From the NCBI GenBank assembly GCA_002104905.1, contig MCFE01000672.1:1-47439 (forward strand): a DNA stretch of 47,439 bases, written 5' to 3'. Below are positions 11,527 through 24,420 of this stretch, piece after piece. How positions within the stretch are numbered: the stretch's first letter is position 1; each line of letters opens with the position of its first letter. The notes below the pieces were generated by a model, which was given only the letters and a program-made list of their open reading frames with translations, ran no database searches and had not been told where the DNA came from. Made by a program: the position numbers and the translations under genes. The DNA comes from Basidiobolus meristosporus CBS 931.73 (Eukaryota > Fungi > Basidiobolomycota).

Positions 11527-12478
11527 ATGTCAACTATTGGGAGATCTTGGGAAACGGCCGAGACTAAGCTGCTGATCAATCTGCGGCAGGATATGAATCG
11601 TGAATTCGACTCCATGAAGCGCAACGCTCCTCTATGGAAAAAGATATCGGAGTACATGAATAGCACCGGGTATCACCGAACTGATAAGCAATGCAAAGAG
11701 AAGTGGAAAAATCTGTTGTCGGAATTTAAAGTGAGATTCACTTCCAGACTGGCCATTGATTTTCTTGACCTTTTTAACCAGTTATTGTTAGCGGAACGAG
11801 ACACTAAAGGAGTGTGAACGGAAAGCATTTCCTTATTACGATATGCTAAAAGACATTGTCTCCAAGCAAGGCTCATTTACCGATTCTCCTGCACAGCCGG
11901 AGGATGCTGTCCACACATCTTACCCGCCTTCTCCCACGCCCATAAGCAACGCCGTGGTAGAGTATGGCCCCATCATGGATTCTCACCACTCTCGCGTAAC
12001 TCTACCGATACCAGTTGGCTACTCACCCTCTGCTTCCTTCAACCGCATATCGAAGCAGTTCGATGCTCATATGCATACACCTGTTTACAAACCCCCACTC
12101 CAGGAGTTTGCCAATGAAGCAGCCACCACACAGAGTAGCAAGCGAAAAAGAGATTTCGCGACCCCCGACAAATCCCATGCAACCCTTCTATCAGAAATAA
12201 TAGAATTGCTGCGCTTTGAGATCAATGAACGTAGAAGATGGGAGGAGAGGCTGCATCTGAACCAAATCCAACACGAGAGACGTAAAGAGCGCCAGGAAAA
12301 AAGAAGAGAGAGAAGGGAGCGGGAGCGCCAGGAGCGCCAGCGCGCGCAAACACTCTTACTTGTCGCCATCGCCTCTAAAATAATGCCCAACGTTACGGAG
12401 ATAATTCGCTCTTTTAATTTCCACGAGGGATCTGGGTCTGATTCAGAAAAGACCGGAAATGCGTCCAACTCTAACTGA
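11527..12478 (+). CDS. Trihelix / Myb-SANT-like (Myb_DNA-bind_4-type) DNA-binding protein with a C-terminal charged coiled coil; exons 11527-11730, 11792-12478
   Basis: W..ET..LI..R....F......LWKKIS......GY.RT..QCKEKWKNL signature. Intron GTGAGA(11731)..TTAG(11791) joins to ..FPYYDMLKDI. An R/E-rich helix lies near the C-terminus. Confidence 0.85.
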
Positions 12479-15400
12479 GCTGAGCAAGCTTACCGCGAAA
12501 CCCAAAGACATCTCCCTCTCAGCGTCAGTGAAGGAGGCTGACCTCCTAGTAGGAGCGCAGCACCATTTAAGCACAAGTACATCTATTCATTGGTTAACAT
12601 TCCCTAATTCATTCAACTATCTCATAGAATCTTCATTTACACCTTATTTAGTTCTTCCAAACACCACTTTAACACCAACTTCATGAACTTCTGTACATTA
12701 CAACGGCTCTCGTATCGTAGAAACTTGATGTCTGAACCCATTCTTCCCATTCCCGTCTCATTCTTCTGACTGTCAAATCTACTGAGCAGTCAAATCCACA
12801 AAACTTTTGGCCCATATCCGCACCACGCCGGAATTCAGTGTTTCCACCGAAACCCCCAATCCAACAGAGATAAATTTCCCTTGTATGCAATGACTTCCCT
12901 CTACACTACAACCTGTTTCCGATGCATGAGTAAATCCCCCCGGAATTCAGCACAAAACCTGCAATAATGAGCCCTTCCACAAATGGCAGGCATGGAACCG
13001 AGTGATATCCCGCTGAATATTGCTTACCTGTTCAGCAGTACCCATGCGTGCCTAACCTGAGCGAGGGTTCTGACTCGTCAACCAGCCCTTCCCATCGACT
13101 CTGCTGCGCCATCCACTAGCCAGTTGGGTTCCCGTCTTAACCCCTCAGAATAGGAATCGCCTTCGCACATGTTCAGTCTCCATGATAGCTGGCACAAGAT
13201 CCTTAATTTGTCCCGTATGATGCAGCCGCTGAATTCTGGACTGAGGAGAGACGTGGTCCGCCCATACCAGCCAACCCAGGATATAGGCTTGTATCACCTT
13301 CAGTATTACGTGCGGAAGACATATTTAATTTGTGCCACTTGGGTCTCTCCATGGCTCGCAAGTGTCTGCTTTAGGGTGGAAAAAACGCCTGGTGGGGGGG
13401 GAGGGGAAGAGGAATCGAATGTTGCTCCGTAGTCTACGAAAGTGGCACGAGATTTAAGGGGAATTAATCAAGTATTGCGACGGTCGTTCATTTTCGACGA
13501 GCCTTCCAGCGGGCCCGATCACTCAATCTTGTATTCCATATATCCAGTGGCCACTATGTATGCTGGAGTTCGACAGTTCAGTGAAAGGGATTGCAAATCT
13601 TGCAGAGAGCAACTTGATTGAGCTGTGGATTACTCGAGTGCCCACTAGTTTCGACGTGCGGTGTTTAAGACTGTGCGTGTGCATCTTACTCAAGTTATGC
13701 AAAGCCACCGGAGGTAAGTGTGTTAGCTTTTGGTTAGACACCGGTGTACAAATAGGTTCTAGATCAGAGGGGTCTGCAGGGTGATTGGCAACTTTGTTCG
13801 CAGTACTACCGTTCCTACTTAGCCGTGATAATCCTCCGTGAGAAGGTCACTTCCCAAAATGAGCGAATACTGATTGCTAGATCAGTAGTATGTAATCAAT
13901 CCTCCTAGATACTAGTTACGAGATATAGGCAGCCCAGGTGTACGCGACCTGGGAATCCCCCCAGTGTTTGCCCTGGGACGTGATGGGGGATTGATGTGAG
14001 TCCTCTGGCCATTGCTAACACGTTTACTGGGGACTTGAGTTGGTGCTTATTTATCTGGCGTGAATGGGTGATTCACCACCATTCTATGTAGAAATCCGCA
14101 ATACAAAGTGGAAGCCGTACAATAATGCCCATCTCTTCAGTCTCACCAAGTTATGTTATCGATCTGCGATTGGATTTAACCCCTATGGAGCAGCTTGACA
14201 GTTACTCTTGTGAATGTGGCCCAAAAGCCAATGGCCTCAAGTGAGGCAGAGATTGGAACATTCCCAACATACTGTTACACGGGGACTCTGACACTACAAG
14301 ACACTAATTGCCATAGCAATGAGGCAGTCCAACCTGCAAGTCAACGGACTCTTTGGAAGGAAGTAGATTGCTCTTGTTGAATCAGACAGTGCCAGTTACT
14401 TCCAGAATAGGCATTTTTTGGAAATCAGCCAGATTTGGGTAACTAGAGCGTTATGGCTACAGTGTTGCTGCACCAGCTGTTTCACCTATGGATGGCGCTT
14501 AGTTATAGGTATGGGCTTGGGATCTAGAATAATCCCACACCAAGTCAGGATGCTGAGTAATAATATTTGGCCACTCACAGCATCACCTCCCACACTAGAG
14601 AGCAAGTCACCATGGTAAATATATTTCTTAGCCTTCAAGTACACCGCATATTTGTATTATGGAAGGCTTTTTAAAATAGTATATCAGCATGGAGGGTTGA
14701 TCGGTTGTGAAAGTTTTGTTTTCTGCTACTTTTGGCAGGATACTCGTGGCTATCATTTGATAGATTACATCCAGCGAGAAATCTGGGTTATCTCCAATGA
14801 AGCTTGGGATTTTTCCATTTCAACTGAACTGATGATCAGCATCGCACACAAGAGCATGAGCATAAGTGGCATTTCGCAGTTTCAGTAATGTGGAAATCGA
14901 CTGAAGTTGATGATACCTTGTTTATAAAACACCACATTACTTGCAAGAAACTCCACTAGTTTGCTTGCTAGATGAAATAATGGCAGCTACACTACAGTGG
15001 GAGATTCTGCTGAATGAAAGTTTGCGTCAGGAACCTAATGGGTCCAGGGAAACTTTCTTGTGGACAACATAAAAGTATTATTGGTATTCAGTTGAAATCA
15101 AACCTACTATTAGATAATCAGGTTAGTTTGGAGTGTCTCTTTTGGAGATTTTCAATATGTTTGCTACACCCAATATACCCAAACTATGAATTCTAGCCAG
15201 TGGCTTTCAGATTTGTTCAAGAGGCTTACTATCTATGAGGAGAATGCGAAACCCAGCAACGTATTCCCAAAAATATAAAGCGTAAGGCCTCTCAAGGTAC
15301 GGCCCTAGCGGAATTTATTAACATAGGTGCTGTGAAGGCTGTTAAAACGCACCTGGCAGAGATGATGATGGCCCCATTTGAACATTACAAGAAACTCAGC

Positions 15401-18400
15401 TAAAATCCAGCACGTGTTTAGCTTCCAAAAAACGTGGGCCAGGGAATATATACACGTCTATTACTATATGCAGTATGTGGGCACTGATGTACAGTTCTGT
15501 GCAAACTCTATATGTAAGGATCCATGAATCATCCAATCTGAATCTCTTACTCAGTTGGGCAGATGTTGGGAGACAAGCAAATAGAGTTGAAATCCTCCTA
15601 AGGTACTTTGGCAGACACCTCTAACCCCAACGAAACCTTTGATCTTCCATCAACCTGCCCTGTAGAGTCAAATACGTTGTAAACATACTCCATTTGAAAG
15701 GGCCTACCAGCTTAACACATTAAGCACTGTTATTGGGGAGCCTCATGCCAGCGTTGCACTTGGTTTATGCATCTATACTATGCATGGTTAGAGATGTATC
15801 ACCCCAATATACTACAGTAATTTTTCAGAACCATATATCTCCAAGGCATGCATCCAATATTTGACTCTACAATGCACTCACCACAATGTAGGAACAACTG
15901 ACCTTTCTCAATCAAAGAGGTGAACATATCTACTTCCAAACATTACGGACTACCTTCAGGTTGCAACCTCTATTATCTCTATTAACATATCTTTGTGTGC
16001 CTCCCACTTCATGCCATTGATGTGGAACACTTTCCTTATATTTACTAGATGGTACATGCCACAGGATACCCTAGAATTCTACTCTCAGGCCTCTATAGTA
16101 AGCGAACCGGAGGATTATGAGCAATAGCATTTGGGTTGATGTGGCACCCTTCAATGAAGTGAGTCCCATACAATGCTAGAATCTAGGCATAAACGTTGCC
16201 ACCATCAGCTGGTTGCTATTTTTCAAAAACGTAGGCATTAGCCCAGCAACCAAGCCACAAGTGGCGTAATATAGGTCCAGAATGCCTTACTAGTGGTGAA
16301 TACAGCTAATCCAAAGCTAGGCCACTAATCACAATTGGTGGGTAAGGTTCCTGCAAGTGCCCAAGGCAGGGACTCTGCACTGGATGGCAAGGACCAGATG
16401 TCACTATCCAATGTAGAGGATCATATTTGGAACAGAGCATCCCATCACTAATGAGCATCAATATGGATCCTTCTGCAACAGTTTGGCGCCAACATCGTAA
16501 AAGTAATAACGAGAACGACACTTGGCAGTAATCCCACTTTATGACGTGATAATATCATCCATATCGGCCGAGACACCGTCACGAATTAAATGGTCGCTCG
16601 CAAGCCATCCAATAAACTCCGCAAATATAGGCCATGACATCAACAGGCGGACGATTCCAGAGGATTACTTGAGCCAGCTACTGAATAGACTAGACCAAAC
16701 TTGCAGCCAGGTTGGGGGATTCTCCATTAGAACTGCCACCGCGGAAGTGGATGACGATACAATCAATCCATAATCAACACGGCGTCAAGAAGGGATTAAT
16801 CTACCACAAAAGTCAACGATTATAAATAGGCAGAATGCATGGCGTTGGTCAGGCCGGTACAAGGTTGGCACATTAAGGAATCATCCGGTCGATACTAACC
16901 TCAGCCTATAGTTGGCTAAATCAATCCCCAATTCAGCATTTATCCTCTTGGTGGAGAGAATCCCTAAGAATCCTAGGAGGTCGGCACTTGAATGTCTGGG
17001 TTAGCTCGCTGCCAAAATGGATTGCTGATCTAAATTGCTGACTCTTCCGCTACATCATCCATCCAGACAATTTAACCAATCTAGCCTAAACTGCGTAATA
17101 ACGCACCTGGTGTGGCGCACGAAAAGGATTTGGACATGGTCAGCGTCACCCACGGCCAGAATGGCCAAGGACAGGACATCATATAGGCGGTCAACAAATC
17201 CAAGGCCAGTCATCTCCTCCTCCCGACTCGGATTCCCAGCCATCCAAGGAGCCGCCTTGGTGGATAGGCATCCAGCTTCTGAAGAAGCTAGTGCGGAAAC
17301 CCGCCGTCCTATCCTAAAATATTTCCCAAAAAGGTCTCTCGGAAACAGCGATTACCTGATTTACTTGTGTGGTCTCTATAAATACAATGTGCAGAAAATC
17401 CAATATGTCGGGGTGGCACAGGCTTAGATGGCGGATAAAGGTGTAGCATGCCGGATTTGGATGTGGGTTTAAAGTGCTTGATATACTCCACCGTATTTTG
17501 ATCTCTGGTGTGATGCACGGTATCCGAGCATAAGTGGCATTTTGCAATAGCAGCGCACCAACTGGTCAAGCCGACACGTATCCTGGGATACCTTCCGGTG
17601 GCAAACGAATAGTGCGCCGGCGATGGTTGCTCAATCACCCAAATCCTCTGCCAGCGCAGCACTGGCACCCTTCCACCCAACACACTCCCAACTGAGCTCT
17701 GCACTCTGTGACCCTCCTGAGGGCTCATTGGACAGAATCCCTCCGCCAGACAAGCTCCCTTAATTAAGAGCTGGTAACATTGATCTTGATATTCCCTTAT
17801 ATACTCAAGGTAGCAAAGGGCATTTCTTATGCGCAAAACGCTTGGCCAGACATGATTAGAACTGGTATCATTTGAACACTAAAGATAAATAGATGCATCA
17901 CAAATCTGACATTCAAATTTAGGCTGCAGGCTTGTTGATTCGACAGAACGCTAAATTTCCCTTCTAGAAACTGAGGGAGGGTTGGCTATCTACACCAATG
18001 GGGCTGGATCTTGGGTCATGATGGGAATGTTCAGCTTGAGACATCCATCTATATTTGGGGGATCTATTTAAAGCTCCCGGCCCATTGGCTGACCGGCGTA
18101 AGCTAATTAAACACTTCATCGATAGGGAACTTAGTTACATAAACATGATCTAACCAATGGCTGTTGAATCAATTAATGATTGCAAGATTAAATGATACTT
18201 TGTATTATTAGCTCTCCTTTCGATTAGATCATTGCCAGAAAAACCACATTGAGCTGGCACGCCCTAGCAGGGCAGGGTTGAAGACACACGTGGGCTCCTG
18301 AGCTGGCTGTCGGGCTCGGTCAGCTACGCTGGCGGACTCCATTTGCTGGAGGCTACCTGCTCCCAAGGAGTAGCATATGCACCTGCTTATGTGCCTTGAG

Positions 18401-18821
18401 CAGTTCGGAGATGAGCATGTAACCATTGTACTCGGAGTACGTGCGACGCGATGTGTGCGGTGTTTGGCGCATTCAACAAATTCTACAAGAGCCACGCCAA
18501 GTAGATTGGATCGGTTGGCCGTGAATTATTTGGAGTCTAGATTAACATTCTGTGTCTCCATTGTAATCCAGCTAGTCCCCTATATATTATCATCGGTGGT
18601 GCTTCAGCGTATCCAAATAGGGCGTGGATTATATTCCTATAGATTAAAAATGAATATTTCCTACATTGTTTCATTACTCAAATATTACTATCTGCTCCAT
18701 TCCCCAAGTATGCCGCCAAACCAATTATCTGAGATTCGGCCAGATATTTAATGCCCGCCTCGCCCAACTTTTTCAAATCATCATCCGTGTCTTCACGTTA
18801 CTCTCCTTGTATTAATTTGTC

Positions 18822-20303
18822 ATGCCCATTCCAACTCCTGATATCGAGGTCCTCCGACAACGTTTTGTAAGTGCTTCGCAGGAGCATGTCCTTGCGTTCT
18901 TCGATGATCTTTCCCCACTCGAACAAAGTGGCTTGATTGCTCAACTTAACACTCTTGATGTTGATCGGGTTAATCGTATTTACAAAAAGGCTATCAGCGG
19001 ATCTGCGACATCCCAGGATTCAGCCACAATTGAACCCCTTCCCGAAGATTGCTTCGAGTCTGCCTTGAATTGCAATCCTTCAAAGATTCAGGAATGGGAA
19101 GAGCTTGGCTTGAGAATGATTGCTGAAGGAAAGGTGGCCGTCATTCTTATGGCTGGCGGCCAAGGCACCCGCCTAGGCTCCGCCCTCCCCAAGGGTTGCT
19201 ATGATATTGGCCTTCCTTCCAAGAAGAGCCTCTTCCAGCTCCAAGCCGAGCGTATCACCCGCCTTCAACAAATCGCCAAGGAGAGTCATCAAAAGCAAGA
19301 CCAAGTTGTTATCCCTTGGTATGTCATGACCTCTGGCCCAACCAGACAAGCTACTGAGGAGCACTTCAAAGCTCACAACTTCTTTGGTTTGGAGGAGAAG
19401 AATGTGTTCTTCTTCAACCAGGGAACCCTCCCTTGCCTTACCATGGATGGCAAGATTATGCTGGAGAAGAAGGGCCAGTTGGCAGTCGCTCCTGACGGCA
19501 ACGGTGGAATTTACTCCGCTCTTCGTCAAGAAGGTGTTCTTGCCGATCTTGCCACACGTGGAATCGAATTCATTCACTCCTACTGTGTCGATAACTGCCT
19601 TGTCCACGTTGCTGACCCGGTCTTTATTGGTTACTGTGTAGCCAAGAATGCCGACTGCGGTGTCAAGACTGTTCCAAAGAGCGCTCCTGAAGAGCCGGTT
19701 GGTGTTGTCTGCCTTCGCAACAACAAGTTCGGCGTTGTCGAATACAGCGAAATTAACGAAGAGATCGCCAACCGCAAACGCCCCGATGGGAACCTTGCCT
19801 TTGGCGCTGCCAACATTGCTAACCACTTCTACACCTTGGACTTCCTCAACAGTGTAGAAACATTTGAGAACAACCTCGAGTACCACATCGCAAAGAAGAA
19901 GATCAAGCACGTTGACCAAACCAACGGCGAGCTTGTTGCCCCCACCAAACCTAATGGACTTAAGCTCGAGCTTTTCGTCTTCGATGTGTTCCCCTTCACC
20001 AAGCGCATGGCCGTGTTCGAGGTTGACCGTAAGGAGGAGTTCTCTCCCTTGAAGAACGCTCCTGGTACTGGAGTTGACTGTGCAGAGACCAGTAAACGTG
20101 ATATCATTGCCCAACAAATTCGCTTTGTTGAGAACGCCGGCGGTAAGGTTGATCTCCGCGGGGAAAGCGTTGAAAACGCCGTCTTCGAGATCTCCCCTCT
20201 TTTGTCTTACGCTGGCGAAGGATTAGAGGTTTTCAACGGTAAAACCATTACCACCCCCGCAGTGTTCCAAACTGCCGAGGATATCGAGAAGTACTTCTGC
20301 TGA
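18822..20303 (+). CDS. UAP1: UDP-N-acetylglucosamine pyrophosphorylase, intronless
   Basis: LMAGGQGTRLG, PKG, WYVMTSGPT, FNQGTLPC, APDGNGG, YCVDN, KLELFVFD and EFSPLKNA motifs; 493 aa with strong codon bias. Confidence 0.98.
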   Translation: MPIPTPDIEVLRQRFVSASQEHVLAFFDDLSPLEQSGLIAQLNTLDVDRVNRIYKKAISGSATSQDSATIEPLPEDCFESALNCNPSKIQEWEELGLRMIAEGKVAVILMAGGQGTRLGSALPKGCYDIGLPSKKSLFQLQAERITRLQQIAKESHQKQDQVVIPWYVMTSGPTRQATEEHFKAHNFFGLEEKNVFFFNQGTLPCLTMDGKIMLEKKGQLAVAPDGNGGIYSALRQEGVLADLATRGIEFIHSYCVDNCLVHVADPVFIGYCVAKNADCGVKTVPKSAPEEPVGVVCLRNNKFGVVEYSEINEEIANRKRPDGNLAFGAANIANHFYTLDFLNSVETFENNLEYHIAKKKIKHVDQTNGELVAPTKPNGLKLELFVFDVFPFTKRMAVFEVDRKEEFSPLKNAPGTGVDCAETSKRDIIAQQIRFVENAGGKVDLRGESVENAVFEISPLLSYAGEGLEVFNGKTITTPAVFQTAEDIEKYFC

Positions 20304-23300
20304 TATGTTTCCTGATACGTATCTTATTGGCTCATTTCTATATCGTCTCACTCATTCGTTACACTTACTATACCCGAGTCTTTGTTCATGTACCAACACA
20401 TCCTTCCATTACATGTATTCATAGCCATTAATCTGTTCATCAGTCCTAAGCACAATAAACATATACATATACACTATGCAGTGTTCGCTGACGATTTGGC
20501 ACCCAGTTGACATCTCGGGCTCTGGCAGTAGAAGGAAAATTTTCAGTGTCGCCATCCAGGCCAGTCATTGGGTGGGCAATATATGATTTATTCTTGTACC
20601 GAGCCAGTAACGTCTGACAGGCCGGAGATAAGTGAAAATACTACGATGTGTAGGTAGAGCCTTTGTGGGGATGTCAGGAAAGCCACGTCGTTGTCGGCAA
20701 CAGGTAGCAGGCCTGAATGGAGTGACGAGACCCAAATCCATATGGTAAGCGTATTATCGCCACATGATAATGAACGCAGCGGCATATATTAAATATCAAC
20801 CACAGCTACGAGTCATCCACCAAATGCTATAGGCGTCGGCCGCGCATATATAACTTGATTAAATGACTAATCCAGGTGGTCTTTGGTCATATCGGTCTTA
20901 CTCGGGCTATATTCTCCAGTCACATTACGCAATTACGTCAAGCCGGCCAATAACACTTGGGCGCTTGCTGGAAAATAGACTTTGAGCCAGTTGCAATGCC
21001 AAAATATTGTTATCATCCATCTACCAGGGCACCTGACCACGTTTTCGGTATTTCAAGCATATCTGGGCGCTGACACTCCCAGTATTAATTAATCCAGCCC
21101 AGGTGGAGTGATGGTACAGCTACCTATTCCCGACAAATAAGAGCGGCCAGAGGGCATAAATGGCGCAACCGATGACTGGGCAACTACACCACTGGAAATC
21201 ATGGATAGGCTTCATTCACTTTAATTAGCCGCGGCTGAAGTCGTCACTCTCACCTACTCTCACCATTACTGTTGCCTCCTACCACTCCATCCCGAAGTCG
21301 CCACAGCTATCAAATTGCCTGGGCTGACTCGAGGTCTGGCAATCTAATTGGAGCTTTGGGGTGAAGCTGGTTGCGCCATAGTAAACATGGATCATTTGTT
21401 CGCCTTGACCGGCACAAAATCAATCCTGATAGTAACGCATCATCTCCACTGATTATAAGCTTAATAATCGAAAGCACTCTTACTGGTTGCTCGTTGTTAC
21501 CCAGAATTTGCTACATAAACCAATGGTGGCATTCCCTTGAACTGACTTAGCAACCCAGCGTTTCAGGAAGTTAGGATTCGGCTTTGTATCCCGTTCCATG
21601 ATCAATGGCACCCTCATGCTGGAGTTAATTCATCCTTCTTGATATGGCACAGAGGTGTGGGTATTGGTTGCATGCAATTGGATCGGATACACAAAGTAGT
21701 GCACGCCAGGTTAGTGCGGTGTTTGCCCAATTTGAAAACGGAATCAGTTACTGATTGTATCGGTGTTTTACCTGGCGCGCAGTCACCTTCTTATTTGTAT
21801 GGTGCGAAGATATACTTGATTTACTAGGTGCCATCTGGTGATTACGAAGTGCTAAGTAGGGGTGGAGCGTAGGAAATGGATGTTCGGGAGACAGAGATCA
21901 TCAAGTCTTCACAGCCCCACAAGTGGTCGATTCTACGCGAAGGTATGCATTGCAATGCTTGATTCCATGACTTCGACAGGTCTGGCTACTCCATATTCAG
22001 TAACGATCGGTCAGCAAGTAACATAATACTTGAATTCTGCCAATACCTGAATTGGCCCGAAATCCTCGAAGTCTTATGAATGGTTGTGCAGTCTGATACT
22101 ACTTTTACACCTGCTTGCGTCTCTGTTTGTACTATTGGGGCGAGATTCCCTGCAGGATACCGGGTGATACTTGCGAGGTGCCTTCATCTTTTCCCTTGAG
22201 GTTAGAGAACCAGTTGTGAGCCCACATAGTATTTGTGGAAGTCAATAAAATGCCATGCAAATCCTGAATTTGCCACTCCCTACTTGTTTGGGGTGGTGTC
22301 GTAGAATAGGTAGCAAGTATGCCATATATAGTGCTTCGCTGCTGATCCACATGCTCAACAGTTGCATAGAAGTCAATTCTATTGATGATCTTCCTAAATA
22401 TTGAGGTGATGCTGTGTTTGCCAGAATCTCGTGGCTCTTTTGTCAGTGGTGCTCTATAGCCAGATTTTGCAAAACATACAGCATGTATTCAGCAAGGTTG
22501 GCCAGGAATAGTATATGCATATTGCATCATATCTAGGGTGGTTGTCTTATCTATAAGCTCACATCGATATGGCTTGAATATCCTATGTTAATATCATTGG
22601 ATGAATGGGCCACCCATGGCTGTCTCACAAGTGCACACGAGTATACTGAGAACAAGGCAGATAGCACTCAATTAACTATGCTGCCACTGATCATAAAGCC
22701 CTTGTGTTCAGATAGCAAGGGGCATACATGTGATGGATGCATTGGCAATACTCATTAAGCCCTAGGATATGGTGTTAATAATGAGTATCAGGGTTTAACG
22801 AGTGATACAAGTGATAGGGTGCTCAATGGAAGGTATCAATATAGCAAGCTTTGACTTGCATCACCCTTTAGTGAAGATCCATAAAAAGTAGTGACCATAA
22901 GTTACAGTTAGTGGATTATCATGATAGCGGCATTATACCAAAAAGAGCACGCATCATATACATCTCGCAGGTCTACACCACTCTGTCGGGAGGCTCACAA
23001 CAGGGATCTAGGAAATTTGATGGGGAGGGTAGATGTGTATAGAGTTTTGACTCACAAGACTAGAATTGACATTCAGGTCTCAACCGGCTCAAAGCTATAA
23101 CACAGATGCCACTACTTCTAACTCGACGTTTTTTGCGGATAATTAAATGTTATATTGAATCGAGTGCATCTAATTAGTATCAAGCATACTGTAACCTCTA
23201 TCATGGTCATGGGGGCTGTTGCCAAGTTAGTTGTCCACCATTATAGCAAGTGAAGAATCAGCCAAATTGAAATTTAATAATATACCTCAACCACTCTACA

Positions 23301-23907
23301 TGCTTGAGTGGTGGACACCTTCGCCTCGGAAAGTGCAACAATCCCTTCACGGTAAGTGTTATCGTCACAGCAACCTTGATCTCTGCCCAAGACTAAAGAC
23401 ATCACAATTCTACCTGATCATTTATTAGTTTTTTATATTATTTAGCCAGGATGAGTAACTTTATTCCCAAATATATTATTCACCTCATCCACAAAAGGTC
23501 GTGGTTTCTGAGATCAAGAAGGTTCAAGTCAAAGCCTATATTGAGAGCTTCATTTTATACCACTTTTCTAGATATATCAATGTACTTCAGATTTAAAAAG
23601 ATAGATTGCATAGATTTGTTGAAATGTGCATTAGTATATGATAATTCAGATGCTTGAGCAAGCTGAAGCTAGGTTTGTCCATATCATTCCACATGCTTAT
23701 TGTACTACAAGTTCTATAATGCATCAATTCAAGTGCAAAATACTAACTTTGATGGAGAGAAATTTTAACTCACATGATTCATCAAAGCTTGTATCTACCA
23801 AGTACTACAGGTATAGAGTCAAACTGTATGAGAGCTTTTGTGATATCTTTAGGGTTATCAAACATTAAAATTGTCATAGTTTTCTGAAACACCTGATAGC
23901 CCACAGA

Positions 23908-24150
23908 CTTGCAAATTTTTTTAATTACACCTAAATATTCACCTAACTTGATCACTGAGATAATGTTGACAAATCTTAGAGAATTCTGACAAAATTCCTT
24001 GTCAGTATTTACTTGGGGTATTATCACTAAAATATTGTTGAAATTGTTAAGTTGTCACCTAAATGTGCATGCTAACTTAGTCACATAGATCTTATTCTGT
24101 GATTAGCGTTCTGTCCTGACCAAATCTCTTGTTTGGATTTATTTACTATT
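23908..24150 (+). repeat. Two tandem decayed copies of the terminal repeat family also found at 39114-39908
   Basis: 23915-24030 aligns with 39125-39240. 24036-24145 (tgttgaaattgttaagttgtcacctaaa..ctgtcctgacca) is the reverse complement of ~39800-39908. 24516-24575 matches the reverse complement of ~39560-39615. Confidence 0.8.
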
Positions 24151-24169
24151 CGAAATAAAATCCTAAAGT

Positions 24170-24420
24170 TTGTAAAAATTTACGCGCGTAAGTTGGTTTA
24201 GAACTTGAATTGGGGTTTAGAATTAAAAACAAAAAGACTTTCAAGACGATTTAAAACTTTTTAAGTATAGGATCAACAACCAAAAAGTTTAATCAAAGAT
24301 TTACGCGCGTAAGTTACTTTTTTTAATCCTCAACCCAAAATCATATTAAAAAGATATTTTCAAGCCGATTTTAAAATTTGTTGTAAGTGTAGGATTAACA
24401 TACTTAAAGGGTTATTCGAG
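24170..24420. repeat. ~121-bp tandem duplication carrying the perfect palindrome TTACGCGCGTAA
   Basis: The palindrome occurs at 24180-24191 and 24301-24312, each followed by ttcaag(a/c)cgattt..aaa..taagt(a/g)taggat(c/t)aac. Confidence 0.8.

Noticed and set aside
19173-20117. 314-aa antisense ORF over UAP1
   Set aside because: It mirrors a strongly codon-biased gene (few antisense stops are expected) and shows no recognisable motifs.
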